DNA of 64,000 nucleotides from the NCBI GenBank assembly GCA_032718475.1, contig JAUCBJ010001846.1:434001-498000 (forward strand). The letters run 5' to 3'. The DNA is from Nemertoderma westbladi (Eukaryota > Animalia > Xenacoelomorpha). Numbering within the stretch: the stretch's first letter is position 1; every line of letters starts with the position of its first letter. A program made the position numbers and the translations under genes. The notes below the pieces were generated by a model. It ran no database searches. It saw nothing but the letters and a program-made list of their open reading frames with translations, and was not told the DNA's origin. Below are positions 7,906-18,965 of this stretch, one piece after another.

Positions 7906-8733
7906 GTGAGTATGCAAAAGCCCCAGCGCCTTGTTTTTTTTGTCTCAGATGGTACGGGAATTTCTGCTAAGGTTTTAGGTTCAAGTTTGTTAACACAGTT
8001 TAGTGGTCACAGCTTTGCATATTTGCTTCGCCCTTTTATTGATACGCTTTTAAAGGCATCTGTCTTAATTGAGGAGATTAATGAGGCGTATAATCAAACG
8101 GGCGTTCGGCCGTTGGTAATGGCAACCATTGTTAGTCGAGAAATATCGCCTCTATTTTTTCAAACCAGTGCTGTTTATTTTGATCTTTATAATCAATTTA
8201 TTGGTTTGCTTGAAACGGTGTTAGGGGAGAAGGCATCTTATAAAACCGGTCAGGCGCATGGCATGGTGAATCAGCAGCGACAGCATGCGCAAATCAATGC
8301 TCTTGATTTTGCTTTAAGAAATGATGATGGTTTACATACCAAAGAATATCAATTAGCCGATGTGATTGTTTTTGGCCCCTCTCGTTGTGCAAAAACCCCT
8401 GTTTGTTTGCATTTAGCGATTAAGTATGGGGTGTGTGCTGCTAATTACCCACTGGTTGAGGGTGAGTGGCTGCATGATTCACTGCCTAGTGCATTGAAAG
8501 TGCACAAAAAGCGCTTATTTGGTTTGATAGCTGATCCAAAAAAGTTAAGTCAAATTCGTGAAACAAGACAACCCAATAGCCAGTATGCCGCTTACAACCA
8601 GTGTGTGAAGGAGGTTCAATCAGTTGAGCGATTATGCCAAATACAGCATATTGAATATGCCAACAGTTCCCATACTTCAATTGAGGAGATCGCGGCGCTT
8701 GTTGTTAGGCGCTTGGGTAATTTGGTGTTTTGA
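7906..8733 (+). CDS. ppsR: PEP synthase / pyruvate,water dikinase regulatory protein (DUF299)
   Basis: FFVSDGTGIS, DFALRNDDG, GPSRCAKTP, AANYPL, SIEEIAA; start GTG 7906 or ATG 7912. Confidence 0.88.
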   Translation: MSMQKPQRLVFFVSDGTGISAKVLGSSLLTQFSGHSFAYLLRPFIDTLLKASVLIEEINEAYNQTGVRPLVMATIVSREISPLFFQTSAVYFDLYNQFIGLLETVLGEKASYKTGQAHGMVNQQRQHAQINALDFALRNDDGLHTKEYQLADVIVFGPSRCAKTPVCLHLAIKYGVCAANYPLVEGEWLHDSLPSALKVHKKRLFGLIADPKKLSQIRETRQPNSQYAAYNQCVKEVQSVERLCQIQHIEYANSSHTSIEEIAALVVRRLGNLVF

Positions 8734-9231
8734 TTGAGGGGTGGGGATTGAAGTGTAAAATCAATAAAAAGGTCGAGGGGTTTATATTTTTTGGGAGGAG
8801 ATTGCCTGAGCATGAAAGATTAGAAGATGTGGTATGTAAGTTGTTAGTGCACATAAATGATGAACTAGAGGTACATGGGTGGCACTATAATACTTGCATT
8901 TTCGATGTAGATAAAACGTTTATTGGTCAGATTAATAAAAAATATCAAGCAAGTTTTACCTGTGATGAAATTAATCAGGCAATATCTTTCTAGTGGTAGT
9001 GTTGAATATATAAGCAGGGATTTCAAGCGCTATAAATCTATTAATATAACGGAGAAAGGTTGTGGTGTAGCTCGATCAAAAAAAGCCGCTGGACAATTGA
9101 TGGAGTCTCGCAGTATTTTGAAGAAAATATCTGATTATGTGGTGGATCATAAAGGGTTATTTATTCTTTTCTTAGGGGCAGTTCCCTTTGTTTTAAAATT
9201 GACTGTGTTGTTTGAAATATTGGGGCAGTAA
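8730..9231 (+). pseudogene. Probable frameshifted hypothetical gene with C-terminal TM helix (two overlapping ORFs)
   Basis: ORFs 8730-8993 and 8923-9231 overlap out of frame and read as one protein if shifted near 8980-8990; no convincing start for the second ORF. Confidence 0.4.
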
Positions 9232-9234
9232 GTT

Positions 9235-9477
9235 ATGAGAGATCAATCATTTATCATCAGTTTAAAATGTTTATTTTGTGATTGTTCGCTTAAAGATGAG
9301 GTCGAGAAAGAATATGTATCAGGTGATATGTTGAGGTGCCAGAACTGTCAAGAATTGAATGATTATGATTCAGTCATTGATGTTGTAAAAGCTAAAGGAA
9401 GGTCGCTCATTAGGAAGGATTTGAATGCAAAATCAGAGAAATTTAGAAAAAGACTAAAAAGCGCTTTGAAAAAATAA
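9235..9477 (+). CDS. Small zinc-ribbon protein (CxxC...CxxC), ECs_2282-like
   Basis: KCLFC...SGDMLRCQNCQELNDYDS followed by a basic helical tail. Confidence 0.65.
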   Translation: MRDQSFIISLKCLFCDCSLKDEVEKEYVSGDMLRCQNCQELNDYDSVIDVVKAKGRSLIRKDLNAKSEKFRKRLKSALKK

Positions 9478-9517
9478 AAACCATTCACAGATATATTTAT
9501 GAAGTTTAGTTTGTTGT

Positions 9518-10285
9518 TTATTTAACCACTCTAATTCGTTTTTTCAGTAGTATGTAGCATATAAAATACAACACAATAGAGGTGATGGTCAAAAAGATAA
9601 TACTAAGGGGTATGTTAGATTCTGTAACGCCAATCAGGCTGTATCGAAATTGGCTAATAATATGAAAAATAGGGTTAATTTTAGCCACTGTTTGCCAAAA
9701 GGTTGGTAGCATTTCAATGGAGAAAAATACACCCCCTAGGTAGGTGAGGGGCATCAATACAAAACTGGGGATGATAGTAATGCCATCGAAATCTTTAGCC
9801 AAAACACCATTAATAAAACCTAAGCAAGAAAATAAAAATGAGGTGATCACCACTGTGAATATAGCCAAACCAAGGTTTGTGATGGGGGTAGGAATAAAAA
9901 AAATGGTCACCAACCAAACAGCCAGTGCAACTACCATGCCACGTAAAAGTCCCCCAACAACATAACCCAATAAAATTGTGTGGTTGTTCATGGGTGAGGT
10001 AAATAACTCTTCTGTTGCGCCCTGAAATTTTGAGCCAAAAAAGGAAGAGGCGGTATTGCTATAAGCATTGGTAATGGCACTCATCATAATAATGCCAGGG
10101 AAGATGAAAATATCATAATTAAAACCAGACATTGAGCCGATTCGGTTTCCAATGAGGTTACCAAATATCATTAAATAAAGGGCGGCGTTGACAGCAGGGG
10201 GTAAGACGGTTTGCACCCAAATCCGCATAAAACGTCGTGTTTCTTTGGTAACCAGTACTTGGAATGCAATCAGTTGGTTAGTCAT
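9518..10285 (-). CDS. yadH: ABC-2 type transporter permease (YadH-like)
   Basis: KETRRFMRIWVQT, PGIIMMSAITNAYSN, PLTYLGGVFFS, NPIFHII. Confidence 0.85.
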   Translation of the reverse strand: MTNQLIAFQVLVTKETRRFMRIWVQTVLPPAVNAALYLMIFGNLIGNRIGSMSGFNYDIFIFPGIIMMSAITNAYSNTASSFFGSKFQGATEELFTSPMNNHTILLGYVVGGLLRGMVVALAVWLVTIFFIPTPITNLGLAIFTVVITSFLFSCLGFINGVLAKDFDGITIIPSFVLMPLTYLGGVFFSIEMLPTFWQTVAKINPIFHIISQFRYSLIGVTESNIPLSIIFLTITSIVLYFICYILLKKRIRVVK

Positions 10286-11186
10286 TTTTTGATTGTGTTT
10301 GGCTTAAGAAAAAGGCTTCAAGTCGGTTGGACTTATTTTGAATGGATCGAATTTCAATGCCCGCACTATGCAAAGTTGAGAGCAGGTGATTGATGGTATT
10401 TTTTCCACTGCGAGCAGTTGTTATTTCAACGATTTGTTCATCAATGGTTCTCATTTCAAAAATAGCTAGGTCAGGTAGTGTTTTTGTAGATGACACTTCA
10501 ACGAGAAAAATTTCTTTCTCCAACATGCGAAGCGCCTTTTGTATGCTGTTTTGAATAATGATTTGACCATCATTGATGATGGCGACATTTTTACAGAGTT
10601 TTTCAGCCTCTTCTAAATAATGGGTGGTTAAAATAACGGTAATGCCTTTTTCATTCATTTCCTCAAACAGTTTCCACATACTGTTTCTGATTTCAATGTC
10701 AACACCGGCAGTAGGCTCATCAAGAATGACAATTTTGGGGCTATGAACCAAGGCACGGGCAATCATCAATCGCCTTTTCATGCCGCCTGAAAGGGCAATG
10801 GCTTGTTCTTTTCTTTTTTCCCACAAACCAACTGTTTTGATGGCATATTCGGTTCGTTTAATTGCTTGAATACCTCGCATACCAAAAAAACCGGCGTAAT
10901 TTTTTACAATTTCTTCAACTGGCTCAAATACATGAAAGTTGAACTCTTGTGGCATTAAGCCAATCAAGTGGTTAGCAGGGATGGGGTGATTGAGTATTTT
11001 AACACTGCCTGAATCAGGCTTGATAAGCCCTGATATAATGTTGATTAGTGTTGATTTGCCTGCACCGTTTGGACCAAGTAAGGCAAAAAAATCACTTTGC
11101 TCAATTTTTAAATCAATTTTTTTAAGCGCAGGGTTTTTCGTGCCTTTGTAAGTTTTGCAGATATTATGAATATCAATCGCATACAT
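10278..11186 (-). CDS. yadG: ABC transporter ATP-binding protein (YadG-like)
   Basis: GPNGAGKST, LSGGMKRRLMIARAL, LDEPTAGVD, TTHYLEEAE. Confidence 0.85.
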   Translation of the reverse strand: MYAIDIHNICKTYKGTKNPALKKIDLKIEQSDFFALLGPNGAGKSTLINIISGLIKPDSGSVKILNHPIPANHLIGLMPQEFNFHVFEPVEEIVKNYAGFFGMRGIQAIKRTEYAIKTVGLWEKRKEQAIALSGGMKRRLMIARALVHSPKIVILDEPTAGVDIEIRNSMWKLFEEMNEKGITVILTTHYLEEAEKLCKNVAIINDGQIIIQNSIQKALRMLEKEIFLVEVSSTKTLPDLAIFEMRTIDEQIVEITTARSGKNTINHLLSTLHSAGIEIRSIQNKSNRLEAFFLSQTQSKND

Positions 11187-11195
11187 GTTGCGTTT

Positions 11196-11720
11196 TTATC
11201 CTGGGTAATTTTTAATTGATTCGGTGATGTATTTTAATGCAACATCTCGGCTGTGCCACTGCTCAACTTTAACCCATTTGCCGACATCAAGGTCTTTGTA
11301 ATGTTCAAAAAAATATTGTATTTGTTGTCGTGTGGTTTTGGGTATGTCTTCAATGCCTTCAATACTAGCCATTTCAGGGCACACTTTTTTTGTTGGCACA
11401 GCCAAAATTTTAACATCCCCACCCCCTTCGTCAGACATATCAAGCATCCCGACCGCTCGAGCAGGGATTACACAACCATGAACAAGTGTTTGAGGGGAAA
11501 GCACTAACACATCAATGGGGTCGCCATCACTTGCAAGTGTTTTGGGTATGTAGCCGTAGTCACACGGGTAAAACATAGGGGCGCTCATGAATCGATCAAC
11601 AAACAAAAGGTTTGATTCCTTATCAAATTCATATTTAACGGGGGGGCTTTTGGCAGGAATTTCAATTAAAACATTAAATTCTTTTGGGGCTTTTTTTCCG
11701 GGCGATAACGATTGGGTCAT
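11196..11720 (-). CDS. ppa: Inorganic pyrophosphatase (family I)
   Basis: VKYEFDK, YGYIPKTL, DGDPIDV, FFEHYKDL. Confidence 0.96.
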   Translation of the reverse strand: MTQSLSPGKKAPKEFNVLIEIPAKSPPVKYEFDKESNLLFVDRFMSAPMFYPCDYGYIPKTLASDGDPIDVLVLSPQTLVHGCVIPARAVGMLDMSDEGGGDVKILAVPTKKVCPEMASIEGIEDIPKTTRQQIQYFFEHYKDLDVGKWVKVEQWHSRDVALKYITESIKNYPG

Positions 11721-11756
11721 GATGTGTATAATTTTGATCGTTTAATTTTTTTAAAG

Positions 11757-11785
11757 CAGCACTTTTATATTATTAAATAGTGCTG
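11757..11785. promoter_or_regulatory. CIRCE-like inverted repeat with non-canonical spacing between ppa and groES
   Basis: CAGCACT-N15-AGTGCTG; canonical CIRCE places AGCACT/AGTGCT 11 nt apart. Confidence 0.3.
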
Positions 11786-11835
11786 GCAACCATATTTTAT
11801 TTGGCTTGAATATACTATACTTTTTTTGAAAAAAT

Positions 11836-11861
11836 CTTGAATTTTTTTTGTTTGTCCATAG
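11836..11861 (+). promoter_or_regulatory. Possible sigma32 heat-shock promoter for groESL
   Basis: CTTGAA-N12-GTCCATAG versus consensus CTTGAA-N13-15-CCCCATNT; imperfect -10 and short spacer. Confidence 0.35.
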
Positions 11862-11910
11862 GGTGTAGTTAGACAATTTTTTAAGCAACAATATTTTTGA
11901 GGAATAAATA

Positions 11911-13883
<1,973 letters not shown>

Positions 13884-13913
13884 TTATCTGATCCGTTTTA
13901 TTATTAGCGCGAC

Positions 13914-13940
13914 AAAAAGCCTCCATTTGGGGGCTTTTTT
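13914..13940 (+). terminator. Intrinsic terminator after groEL
   Basis: AAAAAGCCTCC-ATTT-GGGGGCTTTTTT stem-loop with U tract. Confidence 0.85.
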
Positions 13941-14051
13941 ATACCTGACTTTCTTTAATATAAAACAATCTATTTTTTAAAACTTTAAACCCTTATTGTG
14001 AAAGGCTTATGTATAATAAAATTAATTTTTTCAGTTGATTAATTTTTACCT

Positions 14052-15065
14052 ATGATTCATTGTGGCATTGTTGGGGTAACTGGGTATACAGGGATTGAAT
14101 TGTGGGCGTTACTTAAAAAACACCCTAATGTTCAGCTTGATGTATTGGTATCTAAAAATCATGTCGGTAAAAGTTTAGGCGATGTATTACCCAATCATTT
14201 TAGCTCAAGTCAAGATCAGCATATACTAGAAGCTTTATCAGTTGAGCGTTTATCTGAATTAGACCTTGTATTTTTTGCGACGCCTCATGGTGTATCAATG
14301 CGCTACATTCCAAAGTTAATTGAAAATAATGTGGTGGTGATTGATCTATCAGCCGATTTTCGTTTATCAGACCCCGTTGCTTGGAATAAGTGGTATGGCC
14401 TTGAGCATCAAGCGGGTGATTATTTGTCTCAAGCCACTTATGGTTTAACAGAATTTTACCAACAAGCGATTGCCTGCTCAAATTTAATTGCTTGCCCTGG
14501 GTGTTACCCAACGGCTGTTAATTTGGGGTTAATTCCGTTGGTGCGTAGTTTTAAACTATTAAATGTTATTGCAGATTGTAAGTCAGGCGTTAGTGGTGCA
14601 GGCCGTCAGCCGAATCAAGCATTAAATTTTTGTGATATTGATCAAAACCTTTATGGTTATGGGGTGGGGGGGCATCGGCATTTTGTAGAAATTGAGCAAC
14701 AATTAGCTTATTTTTCTATTCAAGATGCGCCATGTTTGACTTTTATGCCCCATATTGTGCCAATGGTTCGGGGTATTTATGCAACCTTATATGTAACATT
14801 TGTCAAGAAAGTCGCACTTGATGAAATATATGCTTGCTATGAGGCTGCATACGCCGATAAATACTTTATTGAAGTTTTACCTCCCCAAACACTTCCTAGG
14901 CTTTTAACGGTTTATAAAACCAATCATGTTTCATTAGGTGTGTCATCTCAGCAGGATATATGGGTAATTGGTGTTGCAATGGATAATTTGTTAAAAGGTG
15001 CGGCTGGCCAGGCTGTGCAGAATATGAATATTCGCTTTGACTGGCCTGAAAATATGGGTTTGTAG
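14052..15065 (+). CDS. argC: N-acetyl-gamma-glutamyl-phosphate reductase
   Basis: GVTGYTG, FFATPHG, DLSADFR, PGCYPT, SGVSGAGR, DNLLKGAAGQAVQNMN. Confidence 0.97.
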   Translation: MIHCGIVGVTGYTGIELWALLKKHPNVQLDVLVSKNHVGKSLGDVLPNHFSSSQDQHILEALSVERLSELDLVFFATPHGVSMRYIPKLIENNVVVIDLSADFRLSDPVAWNKWYGLEHQAGDYLSQATYGLTEFYQQAIACSNLIACPGCYPTAVNLGLIPLVRSFKLLNVIADCKSGVSGAGRQPNQALNFCDIDQNLYGYGVGGHRHFVEIEQQLAYFSIQDAPCLTFMPHIVPMVRGIYATLYVTFVKKVALDEIYACYEAAYADKYFIEVLPPQTLPRLLTVYKTNHVSLGVSSQQDIWVIGVAMDNLLKGAAGQAVQNMNIRFDWPENMGL

Positions 15066-15074
15066 GAGAAGAGA

Positions 15075-15401
15075 ATGGTGGTTAATTTAAGTGATGGTGC
15101 AGTAAGCCGAGTGATTGAGCTTTTAACGCAGCAAGATCAGCCCAATTTAAAGTTACGTGTTTATGTTACAGGTGGGGGTTGTTCAGGTTTTCAATACGGT
15201 TTTACATTTGATGATCATCAAAATGAAGATGATTTTGTTATGAAAAAAGATCAGGTTACTTTGCTGGTTGATTCAATGAGTGTGCAGTTTCTTGAAGGCG
15301 CAACTGTTGATTTTTTAGAAGATTTACAGGGCTCTCGATTTGTGGTTCAAAATGCAAATGCAAAGGCAACTTGTGGCTGTGGGTCCTCATTTAGTATTTA
15401 A
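15075..15401 (+). CDS. erpA: A-type Fe-S carrier ErpA
   Basis: [20 protein letters not shown] and TCGCGSSFS; argC-erpA adjacency. Confidence 0.92.
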   Translation: MVVNLSDGAVSRVIELLTQQDQPNLKLRVYVTGGGCSGFQYGFTFDDHQNEDDFVMKKDQVTLLVDSMSVQFLEGATVDFLEDLQGSRFVVQNANAKATCGCGSSFSI

Positions 15402-15412
15402 TTATCTTTCAT

Positions 15413-15958
15413 ATGAAGGATAAAAATATTTATTTTATTGGGTTTATGGCATCGGGTAAAAGTACGGTTTCTCGTTTATTCCATCAACTTGTTTGTCCTG
15501 ATTATTTTTATATTGACAGTGATGCATATATTGAAAATGCACAAAAGCATTCAGTGGAACAAATTTTTGAAAAACAAGGTGAAGCAGGTTTTCGGGAAAT
15601 AGAGGCTTGCGCTATCCACCAAATAATTCAAACCTACCCCACGCAACTAATTCTAGCAACCGGTGGGGGTAGCGTTATGAATCAGTTAACGCAGGATCGT
15701 TTGAAAAAAACAGGGATTATTGTTTACTTATCTGTTGATATTGAAGAGATTGTTAAGCGGTTGAATGAGTCTCAAAATAATCGACCGCTTGCCTTAAACA
15801 GAGTCGAATCTAAAAAACCTTACTTCAAGTTTTTGGAACGTTTTGAAAAAAGAAGATCAACATATAAGAAAATAGCGCACTTTACCGTTAATAACACAAA
15901 AAGTACCCCAAGCCAAGCAGTGGATCAAATTAAAAATTTAATTGTTGCCCCCAGTTAA
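15413..15958 (+). CDS. aroK: Shikimate kinase
   Basis: GFMASGKS Walker A, GEAGFREIE, ATGGG, RPL. Confidence 0.93.
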   Translation: MKDKNIYFIGFMASGKSTVSRLFHQLVCPDYFYIDSDAYIENAQKHSVEQIFEKQGEAGFREIEACAIHQIIQTYPTQLILATGGGSVMNQLTQDRLKKTGIIVYLSVDIEEIVKRLNESQNNRPLALNRVESKKPYFKFLERFEKRRSTYKKIAHFTVNNTKSTPSQAVDQIKNLIVAPS

Positions 15959-16447
15959 AGGTACTAAATTTTTGTTGTTAACCGAGTCATTTTCCACATA
16001 AGTAGTTAATTCTTCAATGGCTTTCTCTCTAAGGGCAATTTGGCTGTTGAGTGTTGAAACAGTGGCCTCAAGTCTGCTTGCATTTTGTTTTTCAGCTTGC
16101 AATTCAATTGATAAATTTTTATTTCTTTGACGCTGCAGATCAAGTTCTATTTTAAGTTTTTGAACTGTGTCTTGGCTATTTTTTAAATAGCCCTTTAAGC
16201 TTTGGGCTTGGTCGTTTAATTTGCTAATGGCCCATTCGTAACGCTGTCTTTCATTGTTCAGCGATTTTATTGCGTAATCTTTTTGTTCAATGATTTGACT
16301 AGAAGTTGTATTAACTAAATAATTTTGTGTTTCTATGCGTTTGTTAACAGGCACTTTAAGTTGGTTGCCTGATGATTCAATCTCAGCACTGTAGGCTGTT
16401 ATGGTAAATGAAACTAATAAGGTGGAAATGATGTACTTTAATTTCAT
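15938..16447 (-). CDS. Hypothetical secreted coiled-coil protein
   Basis: Signal peptide MKLKYIISTLLVSFTITAYS-A and ~100 aa heptad-rich region; start taken at ATG 16447. Confidence 0.65.
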   Translation of the reverse strand: MKLKYIISTLLVSFTITAYSAEIESSGNQLKVPVNKRIETQNYLVNTTSSQIIEQKDYAIKSLNNERQRYEWAISKLNDQAQSLKGYLKNSQDTVQKLKIELDLQRQRNKNLSIELQAEKQNASRLEATVSTLNSQIALREKAIEELTTYVENDSVNNKNLVPLTGGNN

Positions 16448-16605
16448 TGCTTTGTGTCCGTCAGTTTTCATTGCTTAGGCTGATGATTATACAAGATTAT
16501 TTTTGTAAAATAAATATCTTTAAGTTACAGCTTGGTATTTGTTCTGGGGGTTATGTTTCATCAAGTCATTATAATTTATAACTAATTTAGTTTCAGGGAA
16601 TATAG

Positions 16606-17709
16606 ATGATTAAAAATATCAAAACAAATTCCGCTAGCTATCCTATTTGTATTAATCAATCTTGGCTGATAGCAGAATCAATGCCAGTTTGGAAGCAATG
16701 TGTAGAAGGCAAGCGGTTAATGGTGGTGACCAACCAAACCATTGAGCCCCTATATTTAAAAGCCATGCTTAAACTGCTCAACCAGTGTGGTGCAAAAAAG
16801 GTTTATCACCTGGTTGTGTCCGATGGTGAAATTTATAAAAATTTAGACATCTTACAGTTAATTTTAAACACGCTGTTTAGTCATCAATTTGATCGTTCTT
16901 GCGTATTGGTTGCCTTAGGTGGGGGTGTGATTGGTGATACAGTGGGTTTTGCAGCTTCTATTTATCAGCGAGGCATTGACTATATTCAAGTGCCAACCAC
17001 TTTATTGTCTCAAGTTGACAGTTCAGTAGGGGGAAAAACAGCTATCAATTTCTCAGGGGCCAAAAATTCGGTGGGGACATTTTTTCATCCTAGTGCCGTT
17101 TTTATCGCAACGGATGTTTTATCTACCTTGCCTGATCGAGAGTATGTCGCTGGCTGGGCAGAGGTTATTAAATATGCCATGATCAGGTCCAGTTCATTTT
17201 TTGAATACCTACTAAGTCATGTTGATTCAATCAACCGTCGTGATCAAGCTATTTTATTCCATGCCATTGATGAAAGCATTGAGGCGAAAACCTGTATTGT
17301 CGCAGCAGATGAATTTGAGCAAGAAGGGCAACGGCAATTGTTAAATTTTGGCCACACATTTGCCCATGTGATTGAAAGTTTTTATCACTATAAGCGTTAC
17401 TTGCATGGTGAGGCAGTTGCCATTGGCATGATGATGGCTATACGTTTGTCACATGATATGGGGAAAAACGTTACAGCAAATGATATTGAGCGCACCTCAA
17501 AACTTTTACAAGCCATTGGGTTGCCTGTGCGGTTGGATGATTTGATCCCTTCAGCTGATTTTTGGCGCCTACTTCGTTTTGATAAAAAGATGAAAGAGGG
17601 TGCTTTGAATATGATACTATTACGTGGGATTGGTGATGCCTATGTGGACAGCCAGGTGAGTCAAAACTTTATTAATGACGTAATTGGATTGTCGGATTAT
17701 GAAAAGTAA
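16606..17709 (+). CDS. aroB: 3-dehydroquinate synthase
   Basis: GGGVIGD, PTTLLSQVDSSVGGKTAIN, LNFGHTFAH, HGEAVAIGM, DKK. Confidence 0.97.
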   Translation: MIKNIKTNSASYPICINQSWLIAESMPVWKQCVEGKRLMVVTNQTIEPLYLKAMLKLLNQCGAKKVYHLVVSDGEIYKNLDILQLILNTLFSHQFDRSCVLVALGGGVIGDTVGFAASIYQRGIDYIQVPTTLLSQVDSSVGGKTAINFSGAKNSVGTFFHPSAVFIATDVLSTLPDREYVAGWAEVIKYAMIRSSSFFEYLLSHVDSINRRDQAILFHAIDESIEAKTCIVAADEFEQEGQRQLLNFGHTFAHVIESFYHYKRYLHGEAVAIGMMMAIRLSHDMGKNVTANDIERTSKLLQAIGLPVRLDDLIPSADFWRLLRFDKKMKEGALNMILLRGIGDAYVDSQVSQNFINDVIGLSDYEK

Positions 17710-18964
17710 AATTGATTTTTTCGTCTTTATTATATTTATTGGTCTTTTAAGCGCACTGGTTGTGTATTTTAATTGGCCAGCCGCTGATGACGCGCAGGGT
17801 TTAAGTGATGAAAAAAAAGCAAAATTTGATCAATCAATTAACTATCAAAGCATTGTAGCCAAAACGGTTATCTTACAAAAATTAAGCCCTGAAATGATTG
17901 TATATGGTCGGGTAACCACCAAAAATCAAACGACGATACGGGTGCGTTCAAATTTAGCCAACCAATTAATTAAAAATGTGTTGGTTTCAAGGGGTAACCA
18001 TGTGAAAAAAGGCGATACATTAATTGAAATTGAGTCAGATAACATTGCCCGAGGGGTGGAAAAACAAAAAATTAATGTTGAAAAAATTAAAACCAATATT
18101 GAATTGCTAAAAATTCAGCAAGCCCAGCTACAAAAAAAATATGACTTTCAACAAAAAAACTTCGAAATTGATGAAATTAGCTGGTCGCGTGCCTTAAATT
18201 TGCACCAAAACAATGCGATCACCAAAGTAGACTTAGAATCTCGACAGCAGGCGTTTTTAAAAAGTCGCTCTACTTTGGATGATTTAGGGTATCAAATTGA
18301 TATTGGTAAAAAGAATATTCGCCTCGCTGAACAAGACTTGATGTTACAGAAATTGGCTTTAGAAGATATTCAAAAAGATTTAGCCGGCTTAAAGATTAGC
18401 GCCCCTTTTTCGAGTCGAATCCTGTCTGTTAATGTCTCTGTAGGTGATCGGGTTGGTAGTGCGCCGCTTTTGATATTGTATAGTTTGGATGATTTAGAGC
18501 TAACCGTTGATGTTCCCTTTCGGCTTCGGCAATATTTTCAAGGCCAAGCCCTTGATTTAGTTAAACTTTCACTCAATGGTCAATCCATTGCGTTAAATCG
18601 GGTATCGTCTGATTTAGATGAAAAAACTTCAAATTTATATGCATTTTTTGAATTTAGCGGTCAGTCGAATTATGTTTTAGGGGATTTGGTCGAAATTAAA
18701 ATGCACTTACCGTTAAAAGAGGGTTTGCTTTCGATTCCATCCGGTCTTTTTTATGGGGGAAAAAAGGTGTATAAACTGGCTCAAAATAATCAGCTAAAAG
18801 CCGTTGAATGTGTGCAACATGGGTATCAATTTAAGGCAGACTCACTAAAGTTAAGCGAGGCGAATATTTTGCTAACCTGCCTGACCTTAAAAGCGGGTAA
18901 AAAAATATTAGGTACGCCGCTTTCAAGGGTTTATGAGGGTATGCGGGTTAAGGTGATTAACTAA
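17699..18964 (+). CDS. RND efflux periplasmic adaptor (membrane fusion protein)
   Basis: N-terminal TM, V.RGNHVKKGDTL half-lipoyl motif, long coiled coil, ISAPFSSRI..V.V..GD; upstream of RND gene. Confidence 0.85.
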   Translation: MKSKIDFFVFIIFIGLLSALVVYFNWPAADDAQGLSDEKKAKFDQSINYQSIVAKTVILQKLSPEMIVYGRVTTKNQTTIRVRSNLANQLIKNVLVSRGNHVKKGDTLIEIESDNIARGVEKQKINVEKIKTNIELLKIQQAQLQKKYDFQQKNFEIDEISWSRALNLHQNNAITKVDLESRQQAFLKSRSTLDDLGYQIDIGKKNIRLAEQDLMLQKLALEDIQKDLAGLKISAPFSSRILSVNVSVGDRVGSAPLLILYSLDDLELTVDVPFRLRQYFQGQALDLVKLSLNGQSIALNRVSSDLDEKTSNLYAFFEFSGQSNYVLGDLVEIKMHLPLKEGLLSIPSGLFYGGKKVYKLAQNNQLKAVECVQHGYQFKADSLKLSEANILLTCLTLKAGKKILGTPLSRVYEGMRVKVIN

Positions 18965-18965
18965 T

